Assembly: GCF_009914755.1 (NCBI RefSeq)
Contig: NC_060926.1
Source: the human T2T-CHM13v2.0 reference genome, Homo sapiens
DNA length: 64,000 nucleotides
Strand: one strand, 5' to 3'
Below the pieces are notes generated by a model. The model saw nothing but the letters and a program-made list of their open reading frames with translations. It did not search any database and was not told where the DNA came from. A program made the translations under genes and the position numbers. Below are positions 33,101-48,001 of the stretch, piece by piece. Position 1 is the stretch's first letter; each line of letters opens with the position of its first letter.

Positions 33101-36100
33101 AGCAGCTGAAAGAGCTACCCAAACCGGTACTGATCACTAGACAATGACATTTAAAGGGCATTGAATACTAGGATAACTCTGTCAGGGCGCCATTTGTTAG
33201 ATCCAAATGCTTGCATTTTCAAATGGCAAACCCTTTTCAGGAGCAGATGTATGGCAATGCAGGCCTAGCTGTGCTGAGAGCCATGGAAACTGTTTTGCAA
33301 GCTGCTATCATTAAGCAAGTAATAACACTCCGAAACCGGGCTTCAGTGCATAATTAAGACAGGTTTTAACTCATCAGCCACCACACCCATCGTCTGAAAG
33401 TATCTTTAAAAGGGAAGTATGCATGTAATAAAATGAACTAGGGCAAAGTTAACAGCTTCCAGATAAGTGTTATTGCCAGAAATCTGGGCCTTCTGGAAGC
33501 CCCAGGACAGAAACCCAATCCTCAGCGACCCCTGCCTCTATTCTTCTGAACAAGTGGGTCACATGCATAACAGGAGACTTGCTGTATCCTCAAAGTGCAA
33601 GAGGGGAGAGGGACCTGGGTATGCAGTGAGTCTCCCCCAGACAAAGTCTTTCCTTTTCTGAGCTTTGTTGTCCTCTGCGGTGCTGGGAACCAGAAACATT
33701 GCAGGCTTCTACACGAAAAAGGGTGAGTTCAATTTCAGATGGTATTTCAGCCAAAGGCAGAGGTTAGGAAAAAAAGGGCACTGTGCTGTACCCACCACAA
33801 CCAGCCTAAGTACACCTTGAGGTTAGTGTTGGTACCAGTGCTCTACACCAAGGGCTCTGCAGCCACCTTTTCTGCTAGGAGCCACCTTCTCTGGGCAGAT
33901 TCCACTCCTTTGCCCTCAGATATCTGAGACAGGTGGCCAGGAGCCAATGGAGTTTTGTGGAAGGGAATGGCTTTGGAGCCAGGTGAGCCTGGCTTACAAT
34001 CTGGCCCTACCACTTATTAGCCAGAGTTTGCCAACGGTCCCAGCTCATCTCCCACAGCACATGCTCTGACACCATCCTATGTCAATCCCTCCTCTTAGTT
34101 ATGTCTGGTTCACATGGGAGTGAGCAGGAGCACAAAGAGACTAAATCCCACAGCACACCTTCCTCCATATGGCCTTCTGAACTCAACCAACAGTGACCCT
34201 CCCCCACCCCGCCCCACGGGGAACTGTGTCCACTCCAAACATCTGTCTATCCCTCAAATCCTGGCTTTTGCATCACCATCGCCAGTTCTGGGGAAAGGTG
34301 TGTTACCTTTCTTCTCAGCAGGCTAATTCAGATGAGAGTCACTGAGCCTGGGTCAAGAACAGGCAGAGTGCTCCTGCTTGTTGTGTAAAAGGGACCGGCT
34401 TCATCAGAGGTGAGCCAGTTTCCACCACCTTGCAGGACTCCACATCAGGTCTTGTTCTCCACTTTGCAGATTATTCTCCCACCTCTCCTGGTTGAATGCC
34501 TCTGGATACCCAGCTCTGGATAAGGGCCTTTTCTTCTGAGACTTGGTAGCCTCACAAAGTACTGAGGGGGATGACGCTGCCAGAAATCACTGAAGAATTC
34601 CCTTGTCTCTGTGTCCTTCCCGTATGTGGACAGTTAATGTTTCCATTGGAAGACCTAGGGTCTGGAATTCCTTGTTCATTTAGCTGGATAGTGCCTGATG
34701 TTTAGCGTTAGTAGGATAGTACAAGTGTGGCTTTTATAAGTAGACATTTGCTTTTGTGCCAGCAGCGTGACTTGAACATAGTAGGGACAAAAGTATCTGT
34801 TGAATGAATGTTCATTTTATTGGCACTCCTATCCTCTCATTTCATGTCTGGCTGTTTTTAAAATTGTACCTTGAGTGAGGATATAGCAACTTTTATAAAT
34901 ACTAGTTCAAATTAAGTTGCTTTAGAAAAGCCATTAGAATTTAGCCACGCTCAGGAGAGCAAATGCAAGGACCAAAATTATCCATCTCATTAGTAATTTT
35001 TCCTGGTAAAATAGCACAGAGCAATGTCAACTGTTATTCCATTTCAGAGACCACAGGCATTCCTCTGTATTCAGGGAGAGGAAACCAAAGCAATTTTTTG
35101 GGACAAGTTCAAAAAGCCAAAGAATTTACCAAGCTAGAAAGGTCTCCCCAGGCCTATAAGACTTTGCTGCCACAGTCACTAAGACAATAGCAACATAATA
35201 AATATTGGGAGCATCAGCCCAGGCTGCAAAGATTGCTATTAAAATACATTCATGCTTGAACCCTGATTTCTTTTCTTTCCACTTTTGCTGGCTAATTCTA
35301 CCGCAGCAATTCAGAAGCTCTGTAACACAGAACTGCTCACTCTCTCTGCACATTCCTCATGCCAATCCTCTTTGTAAATGTTTGCTTTAAACATAATCTG
35401 CAGCTTTACTAAGATTATGTCCTGAGCACACATTTTTTAGTCATCTGAATCTCTGGGATGGGAGAGCTGACACTTTCCTGCACCCTCAATTTTTGCCTCC
35501 AGCTTTATTCCTTAGACTTCATCCAGGCTTTTCTGCTCTGATGGGGGCATTTCATAGTCAAAGACCTACAGAATTCTTGAAGACAAAGATCACTTGTTAC
35601 CCTTTCTTTGTGTCTGCTATGTGCCTTGTGCATGGAAGGTGCTTGGTAAGTATTTTTAGCAAACCAGTCTACTCGTTGCTTCTTGAATTCATTAAGCACA
35701 TTCCCATCTTGGAGCCCTTGCTGAAGCTTTTTCTCCTGCCAAGAATGCACTCACTCCCTGCTCCTTTCCATTTATGCAAATCCTGACTGTCTCTCAGGAC
35801 CAAAATCAAGCCCTCTGAGATCTTACAGAACACTGTTCTTTTGGCAATTAACATGCTATTTAAAAAAGAAACAAAACATTGGTCTGTGTCTAGGTCTTGT
35901 CTCTTCAATTAGACCGAAGCCCTGTATTCTCAATGTCAGCCCAAGCAATTTGCCAGGAGCCAAACCAGGAGTCTGGCCAAGGTAAGAAAGGGGCCCAAAG
36001 CCTTGCCTCAGAGAGTAGTATCAGGGGTCTAAGTCAGACACTGAGATAACAAAGGAATGGCCCATGTGGAGAAGGGATCTATGCAAATGAGTTGGATTCA

Positions 36101-37910
36101 AAGGCAGGAACAAAAAAACAGAGTAGGTACAGAAGCTGAGGTTAGGTTGTGGTCAGTCCAGAATGATGCCCTTGGACAAGGCTTGTTTGTCCTGATATTG
36201 GTATTGAAAGTCCAGTCCCTGCTCCTTCAGGTAGCATAGCTTGATAGTGCTCCTCAACTCTGGCACTGACACCCCTGCATAGAAACTGTTGAATCCCTTA
36301 TTGGAACACATTAATCCCCACCCAGAACCTAGCACAGTGTTATACAAATAGTAGGCTTTCAATTAGGAAGGGAAGGAAGGAGGGAAGAAGAGAGACAGAT
36401 TGTTATCTACTTCCTTCTGCTAGTTCAGAAGGCCAAAGTGAGCCCAAGGAAAATGCCATCCTCAGAGCCACGTACCCACCTAGTTGTTTTGTAAGAACTG
36501 CCACATCTTTCATGCTTTTGGGGATTATTTTAATCTCTGGTAGATCTTCAGCTCTTTATGCACAGAGACTCGATCTGCTTTTTTTGTATCTGCCACTGAG
36601 GAGTGGGTACTGATTCCAGCTTCCAAGCCAGGCATGGAGGTCTCACTGCATTGCTCACTGGTGGGGAGCCCTCTCTGGGTTTAGCCATTCTGCCTTTGTC
36701 TTTTGTTTACCACAGTTATCTCTTTCTCCACCTCCACCCCAAACACCCAAAGCCAACTCATGCCAAGAGGGGAGCAGGGTCTCCTCTGATAAGCCTCCCC
36801 CACCCCCTGCTTATACTAGTGAGAGGAGGTGGCAACTGTGCCCTCAAGGCTATTCCCATAGCCATCAGCAGAGGGATCAGGGCCGATGTTTATGACCCTG
36901 TCTGTCCTGCCAAATTCACCACTAATAGAGTGCACCAAAGAACAGGGATGATGTAAGCGTGACTTTGACTATGACTAGGTCTGTCCCTTCCCACTCTTTA
37001 CTATTTTTCAAGGCAGAAACACACATAGGAGAAGGGAAAGTGACCTTCATACTGTTGTTCTTACTATGGCCTCTCCCTCTAATCACAAGCAAAGTGGGAA
37101 ATGCAGAACATCAGGTAAATTCTGAACAGTAAAAACAAAATAAGATTAAGAAACAAAACAAAACCCACACCTCTCATAAACAAAAGAGTGGGAAATTCTG
37201 CTTCATTAGGTAAAATCCTATTTCAGATCAACTGATTGTGGAAAGAGAGAAAAACCCATTTGACAGAATGATGAATTAAAGCAGCCAAGCAAAACCCAAA
37301 CAGCAAAGCAGGAAATTGCATGGTTATTCTTAAAATCAATGTGAAAGAGAGGCAGGGCTTGGGGAAGAGAGGCTGATCCAGTTGGAGCCGCAGAAAGGAA
37401 GCTCTATGTGAGGCTTGCCGGGGCTCACCTTTCCTGTTCCAGGCCCTGTGTGCATGTGTTATCTCTGAGCCACCACAAGCTTATCTCTTATTAGTTTGAG
37501 AAGTGTAAGGAGGGCACCTCACCCAGCACTGAATGCATACAAAGGCTACCTCTCTCGACCTACACTATAAACCTGTGAGTAGTCAGGACAAGGGCTGTTG
37601 CAGCCATTACACAGATGAGAAAACCAAGTCTCAGGAAGATTTGCTCCAGGCCCTGCAGACTGGCAATAACATTTGACTCTTCTATTGCCAAGCTTGGCGC
37701 TCCCAGCCTTGGGCTGCTGCAAGAAGGGAAGAAATCAGCAGGGTAGCCAGTGAAGCTCCTCAGGCTTCTTTCCTCTTTCAATCAGGGACTGCACAGACTT
37801 CTGTGCAACCACCACCCCTCTGTCACTCCAGTTAATCCCCAGGCTCAATGGCTATAAATTCCTTGGCTACAAACTGGCCCTACGACCACAGGTATCCAGT
37901 CAGTCACACT

Positions 37911-38218
<308 letters not shown>

Positions 38219-39111
38219 AAGCCCCACTCTTTTTTGCCAAAGTTTCTTCTGGTAAAACATACCTATAAAGAGAGATTTATACTAAGGAGGCCCCCACCCA
38301 GCTCAGCTGAAGGAAGAGAATGGGTGGGTGCTGAGGCTTCCTATTTTGGGAAATCAGTCAGTTCTCTATGAGCAGAGCCTGGGCCTCTGGCCAACAAGTC
38401 CTTGGAGAGAGGGAGAGCAACAAGTCAGGGGCAGCTTTAGAGTACTCCAGGGAGAGGGCAGCCTCAGCCCCGTGAGCACATGCTAAAGTGACACCACTAT
38501 GACCTTGCCCCCTCCACTTCCACTGGGCAGGGACCTGCTTCCCATGTGTGGCCCTGAGCCTACTGGGGAAGGGATTGAGGGTGTACTGCCCCTCCCCACA
38601 ACAAGGTCGGAGGGAGAACAGGCCCAGATCTGTCCTCTGCTCCAATTTCCTCCTCAGAGAGGAAGAGGTGGCTCCGCACAGCAGCTGTGTGACCCTTGGC
38701 AGTTTCTCATCTGTAAAAAAGTGACAGCAACACCTGCTTCATAGAATATGGTGCTGACTCATTGAGATGATGTCTGTGAAACACCTAACATGCACTGGGT
38801 ACTCAGCTAAGGGAGGGGGCATCCCTTCCTCCCAGCAGCAATTCATGAATTCTCAGGGAGCATCAGCCTCTCGTACATCTTGTTCTGCACCATCAATGAC
38901 AACCTTCCCTAAACCCCAAATATAGCTCTCTCTATGCCAGCTGCATATGCCTATCTGCAGCTCCTCCAGTTCCATTCTGGCCATTGGTTCTGCTGTATAT
39001 TTTATTATACAAAATATATATTATATACTTATATAGTATTTCCCACATACCCAGGACTCTTCTAAGACCTTTATGTCTGTTTCTTAAAAAGCACAACCCC
39101 TTTCTTTCTTA

Positions 39112-39347
39112 TCTTTTTTTTTTTATGAAATAAAGTCTCACTGTCACTCAGGCTGGAGTGCAGTGGCGCAATCATAGCTCACTGCCATGTGAGAGTGAGC
39201 CTCAAACTCATGAGTTCAAGTACTCCTCCTGCCTCAGCCTCCTGAGTAGCTGGGACTGCAGGTGTGCATCACCACACCTGGCTAAGCCTGGCTAATTTTT
39301 TTTAATTTTTAGTAGAGGCAAGGTCTCACGATGTAGCCCAGGCTGGA
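39112..39347 (-). mobile_element. AluJ, 5'-truncated
   Basis: Alu blocks. Confidence 0.85.
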
Positions 39348-41684
39348 ACCCCTTTCACTTAATCATCAAATGCTCCCAACAGTATGGCTGAAGTGCTAAT
39401 TTTGCAAAGAAAAACTTGGCCACTAATCCTTATTTTTATTTCCAAATACAGTATATTTCTTCTAACCAGGGTATTTTCAAACTCTTAAACACTGCAGGTT
39501 TCTGATGTAAATGCATGATCTTTCTTTAAGAACTTGCCTCGGCTCAGCCCCTTCCCACCATACATTCCAAAACTAAAGCAACTTTAAGAGCTGAAGCCAA
39601 GCTGCTGTGCCTAGCAAATCATCAGCATTGATGCCACTCTCAGACCTTTTCAAATGAGCCAGTAGGAAGAATGTCAGTGACAAGTTGGGAACCCCAGGAG
39701 ACCTGGAAGGGACAGCCAAGGAAGAGAGAACCAGCACCTTCCAGAGAACAAATGTTTCAAGTTAAAAGGCCTGCCCAGGCCCTGGGCCAGTGCAGCATAA
39801 TGCAGTGTGATTATGGGAGCAATCTAAAAATCAATACCGACTGGGCAGCCAACACAGCACCTATGGAAATAGCCAACCAATGGGTCCTCTCCTCCAAGAA
39901 CCCGGCAGCCACCACCTCCTGCAGCACAAACAAGCAAACTTTCTAAACCCAAGTAGTATCCTGGATCTAAGAAACTGAAAAGACAAATTGCCAGAGCTCT
40001 GGGAGGGTCTTTATAAAGTCCTAAAGCACCTCTGCAAACAGAGGCTGAAATAAGATAAATCCCCTGAAGGGCTGTCAGTCATCATCATCATTCGGCCCCT
40101 CTTAAGTAATGATAGTGAGGAGGAGAAGGCTACTGTACCTTCCTCCTCATCCAGCATCAGCCCTGCTTAACCATTAGACATGGCTCCTACTCAACTACCT
40201 GGCCTGCCTGCAGATGAGGCAAATAAACAGACCAGATGTGTTTAAAGATGTTGCTGTGAGGATGACAAGAAGGCAGGATAAAAGGAGAGAGGTACAGAAG
40301 CACGAATTCCTAGCAGACAAGGCTCACTCTGAGGTATTTGAGACTCCACGGAGTCCTTGGCCTTCCTCTGGGAAAAATTAGGTGGTGGTGGGGCCCACAA
40401 CAAGGACTTTGCTTCTGTCTCCCTCACCAGGTCGCAGGATCCTTGAGTTGGGGCATTTTTTAAAGTACCAAGGTACATCAAGTTCCCAAGACCCTGCCCT
40501 ACATTTCTTTCCCTTTTCTGTTACAGTAAGGACACTATTTTATGCTTATTTAGTGATACTTTGCAAACAACTTTCTTCTGGATTAGGGCTAGTTTCATCA
40601 GATAACCCAGGCATATACTGGGCACCCACCATGTTTTACCAGGATATGAATGAGGTGGGAGGATTGATTTATTGACTAGAGAAAGAAACAGCAAAACATT
40701 ACTCACCCAGAAGCAATGGGTCTAGGACATGGGGGAAGTGGGTGGTTTATCCAGGACCTGCTCAAAGGGGTTCCCCTTCAAGACAAGCAGGGATTCCTGA
40801 ACTGCCCCACCAGGGGAAAGCCATCTACTCCTTTGATTCTTGCTCAAAGACAAACATCCTGACAGGACATCCTGGCATTTCATAACCCAAGCTAGGCATG
40901 TGTGCCTTTATCCATGCTAGGGCCCGGCATCCCAAGTTCCCAGCAAGCAGAGCTGCTATTGAAAGTGAAACGTCCTCGCTGACGCATGCATCCCTACTGA
41001 CAGCACCCTGTCTGAGCTGTATCCATCACACTGACCTCCCTTCCCCTTTTCTCCACCTCACAGAATGGGAAAGCGTTTCTTTCTTTTCCTTCTTCTTCTT
41101 CTTCTTTTTTTTTTCTGAGCCCACAGTTGATGAGCTTCAAGGTACAACCTGACACGAACTCCCTAGTGGCAAACCTGTGTGGTTGCCATGGTGCCCTGCA
41201 GTGCCATTCAAGGCCTCGCTCCCTATGCAGACCCAGCCTGCAGCTCCTTAGCAAAAAGGCAGAATGCCAATGAGGCTGGAGGTAATGAGAAGCGGGTGTT
41301 GAAATCTCATTTCCGCCAACATATTTCCCGTCACTCCTTGACAAGCATTTTACTTTCTTCTATACTCCCCATCAACCCTAGACAGCACAGGTTAACATAA
41401 AACCTCTAAAGTTCAGGCTGGCTGAGTGGAAAAGAATATGCAAAGAACCCTGCCAATCCATAAGGCAGAAAATAAGCCCTTGGCATATGGCCGGTGCTCA
41501 ATAAATACCTGTTAAATGAATGAATAAAAGCAGCTCAGCTATGGTTTAGACCTCCTGAGGGACATTTTCTGAAAAGACATGGTCGGTTTGTTATGATATT
41601 TTCTGCCTTCCAAAATGCTTTCACGTGTTATCGCATTTGATCTTTCTGAAAAGAAAAGAAGTCCTGAAAGGAAAACCCAGCCCC

Positions 41685-41865
41685 TGTCTCCTGACTCACC
41701 CCTTTCCCACCTCCTCTAATGGCTCAGCCCCAGCCCCGCCCCCTTCCCTGAACAGGGGTCGTTGGACTTCCGAGAGGAGGCAGAGGGCTCAGACATGCAC
41801 AAAAGCCCTGTCCCTGCATCAGCTCAGAGGGGACTTGAATGATAAAATATTTATTTGGTGATAAG
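41685..41865. promoter_or_regulatory. Enhancer/promoter-like motif cluster
   Basis: AP-1 TGACTCA 41692-41698, SP/KLF GCCCCGCCCCC 41733-41743, two TGATAA near 41840-41864. Confidence 0.35.
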
Positions 41866-42149
41866 ACCTTGTGTTCCAGATCAAATGTCCACTCTTGCCT
41901 GGATTACCTTACAGTAAAGTCAACTTAATGACAGTGTCGGCTGCCTGCTGCCCCCAAATCGCTGGAGGGTCACTCACACCAGCTTGCACAGAAGCCATCC
42001 CAGCCTCTCAGTTGGGGAAACAGACCAATCAGCAGAGATCCATATCTTCGATAAGCCACGCACCCCATGTACCCGGCCCACATGTGCTGTTCAGGACCAC
42101 CAGGCTTCAGGCCTTTCTGCTTCCCTTTCCTTCCTCAGTGATAACACCA

Positions 42150-42505
42150 GTGATGATGGGGTATCTTTCCTCCTCACCCCTTCCTTTCTTTGGTGCCTTG
42201 TCTCTGACAGTGGCTGAAAGCCATGTCCCTGCATCCCTGCCCTGCATGATGACAGCTCCCACAGAGGTTCCTTCTCAGAGTTCTAGCTCTTCCTGGTTCT
42301 GGTACTGTGATTTCCTTCCTCCTCGTGCCCTGTCTCCATGGGAGGTAATGGTTCCTGACTGAGGCAGCCTCTGGGTACTCAACATTCCTTAGTGGTTCTC
42401 TTAACCTTGCCCAAATCTCTGGCAATAATCTCTTTATTAACGTCTTTTTATTTGAACCTTTATGGATAAATTCTATTTTCCTGTAAGGCGGGCCCTGACT
42501 GATAT
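42150..42505 (+). mobile_element. LTR33-like (ERVL) LTR, 3' part
   Basis: caacattccttagtggttctcttaaccttgccc...gccctgactgata terminus; 5' edge uncertain. Confidence 0.6.
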
Positions 42506-44779
42506 ATATACTCGGAGATACCCATGTCTGCATCTAATTAGCTGAAAGGGCCAGCCATATCCTCATTCGTCAGCAGGAGCAGAGAGACAGCAGTGCCCGG
42601 TGCTCATTCACTCATCTTCGACACAGAGCTTCCACATTCCAAGCAAGTCAAGCTTGCCCTTCCTTCCTCCCTCATCTTTCTAGAGGCAGTGGCCTAGCTG
42701 CACATTCTCATAAAGCAGCTCAGCGTGGGCTGCCAGCAATCTAACATCAGGATGGAAGAAAACAGAGGCCTCAGAGGTTCGGCATTTTCTGGAATCTAAT
42801 GATTCTGCTGATTCTCCTGCGTTTAGCAATAGCCGTTTCAATTTCAGGATGCTTAGATCACTTCTTTGTTCTTTCTGCTGTGTAGCTACAGCATTACCGT
42901 GAGTCTGGGGGAATTCCTGTTTGGGGGTAGGCCTTTTTTAAGGTTTTGTTTTGGTTTTTGCCTTGTTCTGAATAAGTCAGGTCCATGTACTTGGTAGAAG
43001 GTCAAGTTTGTTTGGGATCGTCTCCTGCAGTGTGTCTACAGCTGACCTCTACTTCAAATGGTGCCTCTCTGTCCCTAGGCTCTGACATAACTCCCTCCTC
43101 TTACTTCAGGGTACCTGTCTAAGTCTGGGAGATCCAAAACTTCTCCTTCTCTTTTGTATTTACCTGCCTCCAACTTCCAGGTTGCTGCAACCTTCACTGC
43201 CAAGTCACTCAGCAGGTTACTCCGATGCTCATTCATTACCCATTTATTTACTGAAGGTCTGCCATGTGCCAAGGAAAACAACAGTGACCAAATACTTATC
43301 CTGGCTCTTCAGGACCTCAGAGTCTCGCGGGGAGGGGAAGACAAGTAAACAAGACGTTTTGGATTCTGCTGCTTCCACGGGGAATTAAAGAGGTGAAATG
43401 GAAGGGCTTGGGAGTGGGGTCCCTGCCGGGCTCTGCCTCCTGACCATGAGCATTCTAGGCCAGGGATCAGGTTCACAGGTAGCCTATTTTCCACACCTCA
43501 TAAGAAATGTGTTTCGTAAATAAGTAACCACACCTGAGTTACTATGCAAATAAACTCAGCTCTGTCCTCTGAACAGCCAAGTTCACTTTTCCACTAGCCT
43601 TTTCTCTCCTGCTTCTACCTCCTCTATCTTTACCCTGTGCTGCTAATTTCTCAGTCTGTCATTACTGAATGAGACACCCAGCCTGGAACAGAAAGGACAG
43701 TTTGAAGGGGGTCTCTACCTGGCATCTGAGCCGAGCTCCTTCTAAGCGCGTGTTTACGATGGCTCCGACTCATGCCTTAAAAAAAAAAATCGCTACAGAA
43801 AATACCAAGACTGATAGCTAAATCCAATTAAATTAAGATTAATAAAAAGGGAGGGAGGCCAGCAGAATGAAGCCAGCAGGAAACCTCTCTTGCTGCAGTG
43901 TGCTGCTCCATGCATTTCAAATGCAGCCCAACACAAGTCCTGATTCACCTTCACTTACCCTTACACAGAAGCCTCGCAGACAGGCTAGGCGCAGCTGCAA
44001 GATGAGCTGCTAAGAACTTGCTGATTTCAATACAGACTGGTTTCCAAAATGTTCTGGGGTTTTAAAACTTCACTCCCCCAAACACTTCAGGCTATGCCAT
44101 AACTAATCCCACATCTTGCGTTTAGTTGGGAAAAGAGACTTTGGTATTCTATGTGGGTGAGATAAGAAGCAAAGACTAACTAGGGAATCCGGCATCTCTT
44201 TTGTTGCCATTTCCTGTTGTGAAAATCCTTCAAATCAAAATATTATTGAACACTGGAGTTAGAAGGAGTGATGGAGATTACTCGGTTCCATGGCCTTTCC
44301 CTGTTTTGGAGAACTAATGGAGGAAACAGGCCTTGACTGAGCTCCTACAAACGAGTGCCTCAGCTAATGAAGGCTGCAGTCCAGTATGCTGTTGACTGCA
44401 CTACTGCCATGGGGATTCATCCACAAGGTGTTTGCAAAGGACAGAGAAGGAATTCGCAGCCACGAAAGGGAGAATGGAAACTCTCCAAAGAGGAAGAAAT
44501 CAGCTTGACATTTAGCTTGCCATCTAGTCTGGCTGTCACGAGGCCATGAATCTGCCTGATGAGAGGTAAAAGAGAGAAATGAAGAAGACGAGGAAAGAGG
44601 GAGGGAGGAATAAATTTCAAAACAAACAGAATCTGTGGCTCTGCACTCACTCCCTGTACTGGGGTGGCAAAGGGTTGGGTGGGAATGAGGGGAAGGGAAA
44701 TATGTTCCTGGAGGAAAAGGCTTCTTATGTAAAGGGTGAAGGAAAGACTCAGACCCAAGTAGAAGCCAGGGGAAGCTGC

Positions 44780-45222
44780 TGTGGTGGACGCTGTGACGCT
44801 CCCCAGGTCCCGTTTCATGAATGAAGAGTTTAGTCCCCCACATGGTCGAAAAGCTGCTAGAGCAAGATCCATGGCCATCAGCACTCTTGGGGACTTCCTG
44901 GGCTGAAGGAAACTACCCTGCCCAAGTCATGCCTACTTCCAGTGGCAGCCCCCATCCAGTGACTCATCCACAGAAGTCTAAAGGCCTGGCTCCACACACC
45001 AACTGGGGATACCTCAGAAGGGCCCTCCCAGCTTCAGTGCATTCCAAGTGGTCAGCTGAGCTCTTTTCTGGGACTACTTCAGAGCTTAGCTTCTCCCTCT
45101 GCCCAACCCTGCTTTCTTCTCTTCCCTTCCACAGTGTGGATACGGAGAGCACTTCCTAATGAACAGCCTACACACAAACCTCTGTCTCAGAGTCAGCTTT
45201 TCAGGGAGCCCTACCCACAACA
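44780..45222 (+). mobile_element. LTR16A-like (ERVL) solo LTR
   Basis: TGTGGTGGACGCTGTG start, ctctgtctcagagtcagc...ccacaaCA end; CTGC on both flanks. Confidence 0.7.
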
Positions 45223-46259
45223 CTGCTTATGAAGTAAATGTGCAGAGCCCTGCTGAAGGCAGAGAGAAGATTGTCATCTGTTGAGTCTGGTCAGGTAACT
45301 CACACCGTGAAGAACATTGCCCAAGTCCTTATTTAGAGAATTAAGTTTGGTGCCACCTTACAGTCAACCACAACATGTGTATTGGGCCATCCAAGCATCA
45401 GAGCAGGGGTACTGAAAAGGTGATCCCTTCCCTCACAGAACCTGCCCTTCCTCAACCAATCAGTCAGATATAGGTACAGCCAGTTCTTAAAGACCTTTAA
45501 AGAGCACTCCAAACCCACCCTCGGAACTGTCACCCCTTATAAAGTTCATAAACCTTAACTATCAAAAACATCTCCCTGCAATAATTTAAAGTTTTAACTT
45601 AAATTAAATTCCTGTGTGAATTTCTTTTTGTTGTCTTAAGCAGAAGTAGAAAACATGTATAAGGTTCTCTGTTCAGTAATCCTTTATGGTTCATCTGTAA
45701 TATTTCTTCAAGGTTAATGATCCCATTTCCCACTAGCTTTCTGGCAAAAGGTCATGTTTTCAATCCTATCATCTCTGTAGCTTTCTGTAATAAAGCTTGG
45801 TTTGAATGTCAGTCAGTTTAATAGCTATGCCAATTTCTCACCTAATAGAGCCAAGTCTTTATCATCCTCTTTGACAAATGGCACAAGTGGATGCAATAAC
45901 AAGTCACATTCTAAAGCCACTGAGGGCACTTTGGTTCCCACCCTTCCAGGCAAGCATTTCCACAGCCTGGGCTCCTAACTGAAGATACAAAGGGATCAAG
46001 GGAAGAAGAAAGGTTAAACCTAGGAACACGGAAGCCAATGTGCCCCCAGAGAACAGAAGAGGCGGTCTGCGAGTTCAGAAGGCAGGCAGCTCATGCTTGA
46101 AGGTGATAGCCTTCTGCCTACAAGAGAAATCTGAGCACATCAGTTACTTCTGTCTTACCAAGAATCCCTGAGATACTGAGATTTCTGAGTTGAAAGTGAG
46201 ATAAGGCCTGTTTTGTTTTGTTTGTTTGTTTCCATGTACATAGCTCAAGATGTTTTCTG

Positions 46260-46565
46260 GGCTGGGTGCAGTGGCTCACTCCTGTAATCCCAGCACTTTG
46301 GGAGGCCGAGGCGGGTGGATCATGAGGTCAGGAGATTGAGACCATCCTGGCCAACATGGTGAAACCCCACCTTTACTAAAAATACAAAAATTAGCAGGGT
46401 GCGGTGGCACGTGCCTGTAATTCCAGCTACTCAAGAGGCTGAGGCAGGAGAATCGCTTGAACCAGGGAGTCGGAGGTTGTGTGAGCCCAGATGGCGCCAC
46501 TGCACTCCAGCCTGGTGACAGAGTGAGACTCCATCTCAAAAAAAAAAAAAAAAAAAAAAAAAAAA
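46260..46565 (+). mobile_element. Alu (Sc-like) with pure A tail
   Basis: TSD AAGATGYTTTCTG. Confidence 0.92.
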
Positions 46566-46789
46566 GATGCTTTCTGGATCTGCAATGATAAGTAGTGATT
46601 TATGTTGGAGAAAGAAATAAGGGAGGTCCAGGCCCTTACTTTACTATCTCTGACCCTGTTTACAGAAGATCCACCCAGTAACTATGACATTTAACTGTGG
46701 AGTGGTAGAGTTTTTATACTCATGAGGAAAACTCACACTAGTGGCGCCAAACCACTGGGCGTGGCCTAACACAATTTCTGATAGCCAGG

Positions 46790-46918
46790 GGAGCTGGGGT
46801 TGGGGAGGGTGATTACTGGCATCTAGTGTCCTGCATCCACAAGGCCACAGGACAACCTCACATAACAAAGAATTATCCCGTCCAAACTGTCAGTAGTGCT
46901 GAGGTTGAGAAACCCTGA
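46790..46918. mobile_element. MER20 fragment
   Basis: tactggcatctagtg...caaagaattatcc...cagtagtgctgaggttgagaaaccctg. Confidence 0.75.
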
Positions 46919-47981
46919 CTTACAAATAATTCTCTGTCCTCCTAAATGTATTCACCTACTCAGGAATCATCAGGCCTTGTTTCTCCTCCTCTAGACACTC
47001 AGCTGACCTGGGAAAATTACAAGCTGCTTGACCAACAAGCTCATTATCTTGTTTTTGATGGAGACAGAGCTGAGGAACAAAGACAACAAATAAAACCCCA
47101 ACTGTGGGGTGAAAGAAGACTTAACCTTGGCTCATAGGCTCCCTTCAAAAGCTAAGTGGTATGTGGAGATCCGTGAGCTGGCAGTTCTGGTCAGAAAATA
47201 ACAAAGTCTCAGAATTGCTTCCTAGGCTAGGGTCTCTCCGGAGGCACACACAGACGCCTCTTGCCTTCACCTCTGCACTAATCTCATTGCCCCACTTTGA
47301 ATCAAGGCTTGAAGACTGTGCAAGCAGAATAACCAGGCACTCTCTTCAGTTAGTTCTGAAACCATCTCAATGATTTTGGGAGAATACACTCCCCACAATC
47401 TGGCAACAAGTTGTCTGGCTTGGGTTATTTCTAAGTCTACATTTCTTAGTTTCCTGAAGAATACACTGGGCATGCCAAAAGGTTTCAAAGCTACAGTTAC
47501 GGCATCAGCAACAACTCTTCAACTAGCCTGTGCTTCAGCCCAAAGCAGCACAAACAGAAAAGTCAGCCAAGCCACGAGGGGCCTGGTCAAGCGTCTAACA
47601 GTGTAGGATTGCTGCATAAAGAGCAGGATCCTACTACAATACATCCTTTGAAGTGCCTCGAAAATAAATGCTATGTTTAGAAAACAAAGTCCTCTCTCCA
47701 GGCCTGGACTCACCCCACTCACCCCACCCTCATCCCTATTTCACTGAAAAGCTAAATATGAAAAAGTGCTTGGATGTTTACATATTTTCATATAGAGTAA
47801 ATTTTCCTTAAAGGGCCATCTTCTTAAGAATACAAATCCTCCAAGAATGGTCCTTGAGCTGCTCAAGCTTTCCAACCAGAAAATATGACTATATTGAAAA
47901 ATACGACTAGAAACAATAGGACCAGCCTCACTTCTTCCCCATAAAAACAATTCCAATCACTGAAGGTCTTGCTGGCATCTC

Positions 47982-48001
47982 TGCCGCCATCTACTGAGTC
48001 A
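47982..48001 (-). promoter_or_regulatory. CTCF-like/YY1-like site overlapping AP-1
   Basis: Minus strand TGACTCAGTAGATGGCGGCA. Confidence 0.45.

Noticed and set aside
41871-42362. 163-aa ORF, and overlapping 155-159-aa ORFs at 44364-44884
   Set aside because: No recognisable domain or splice support, partly LTR-derived; consistent with chance ORFs
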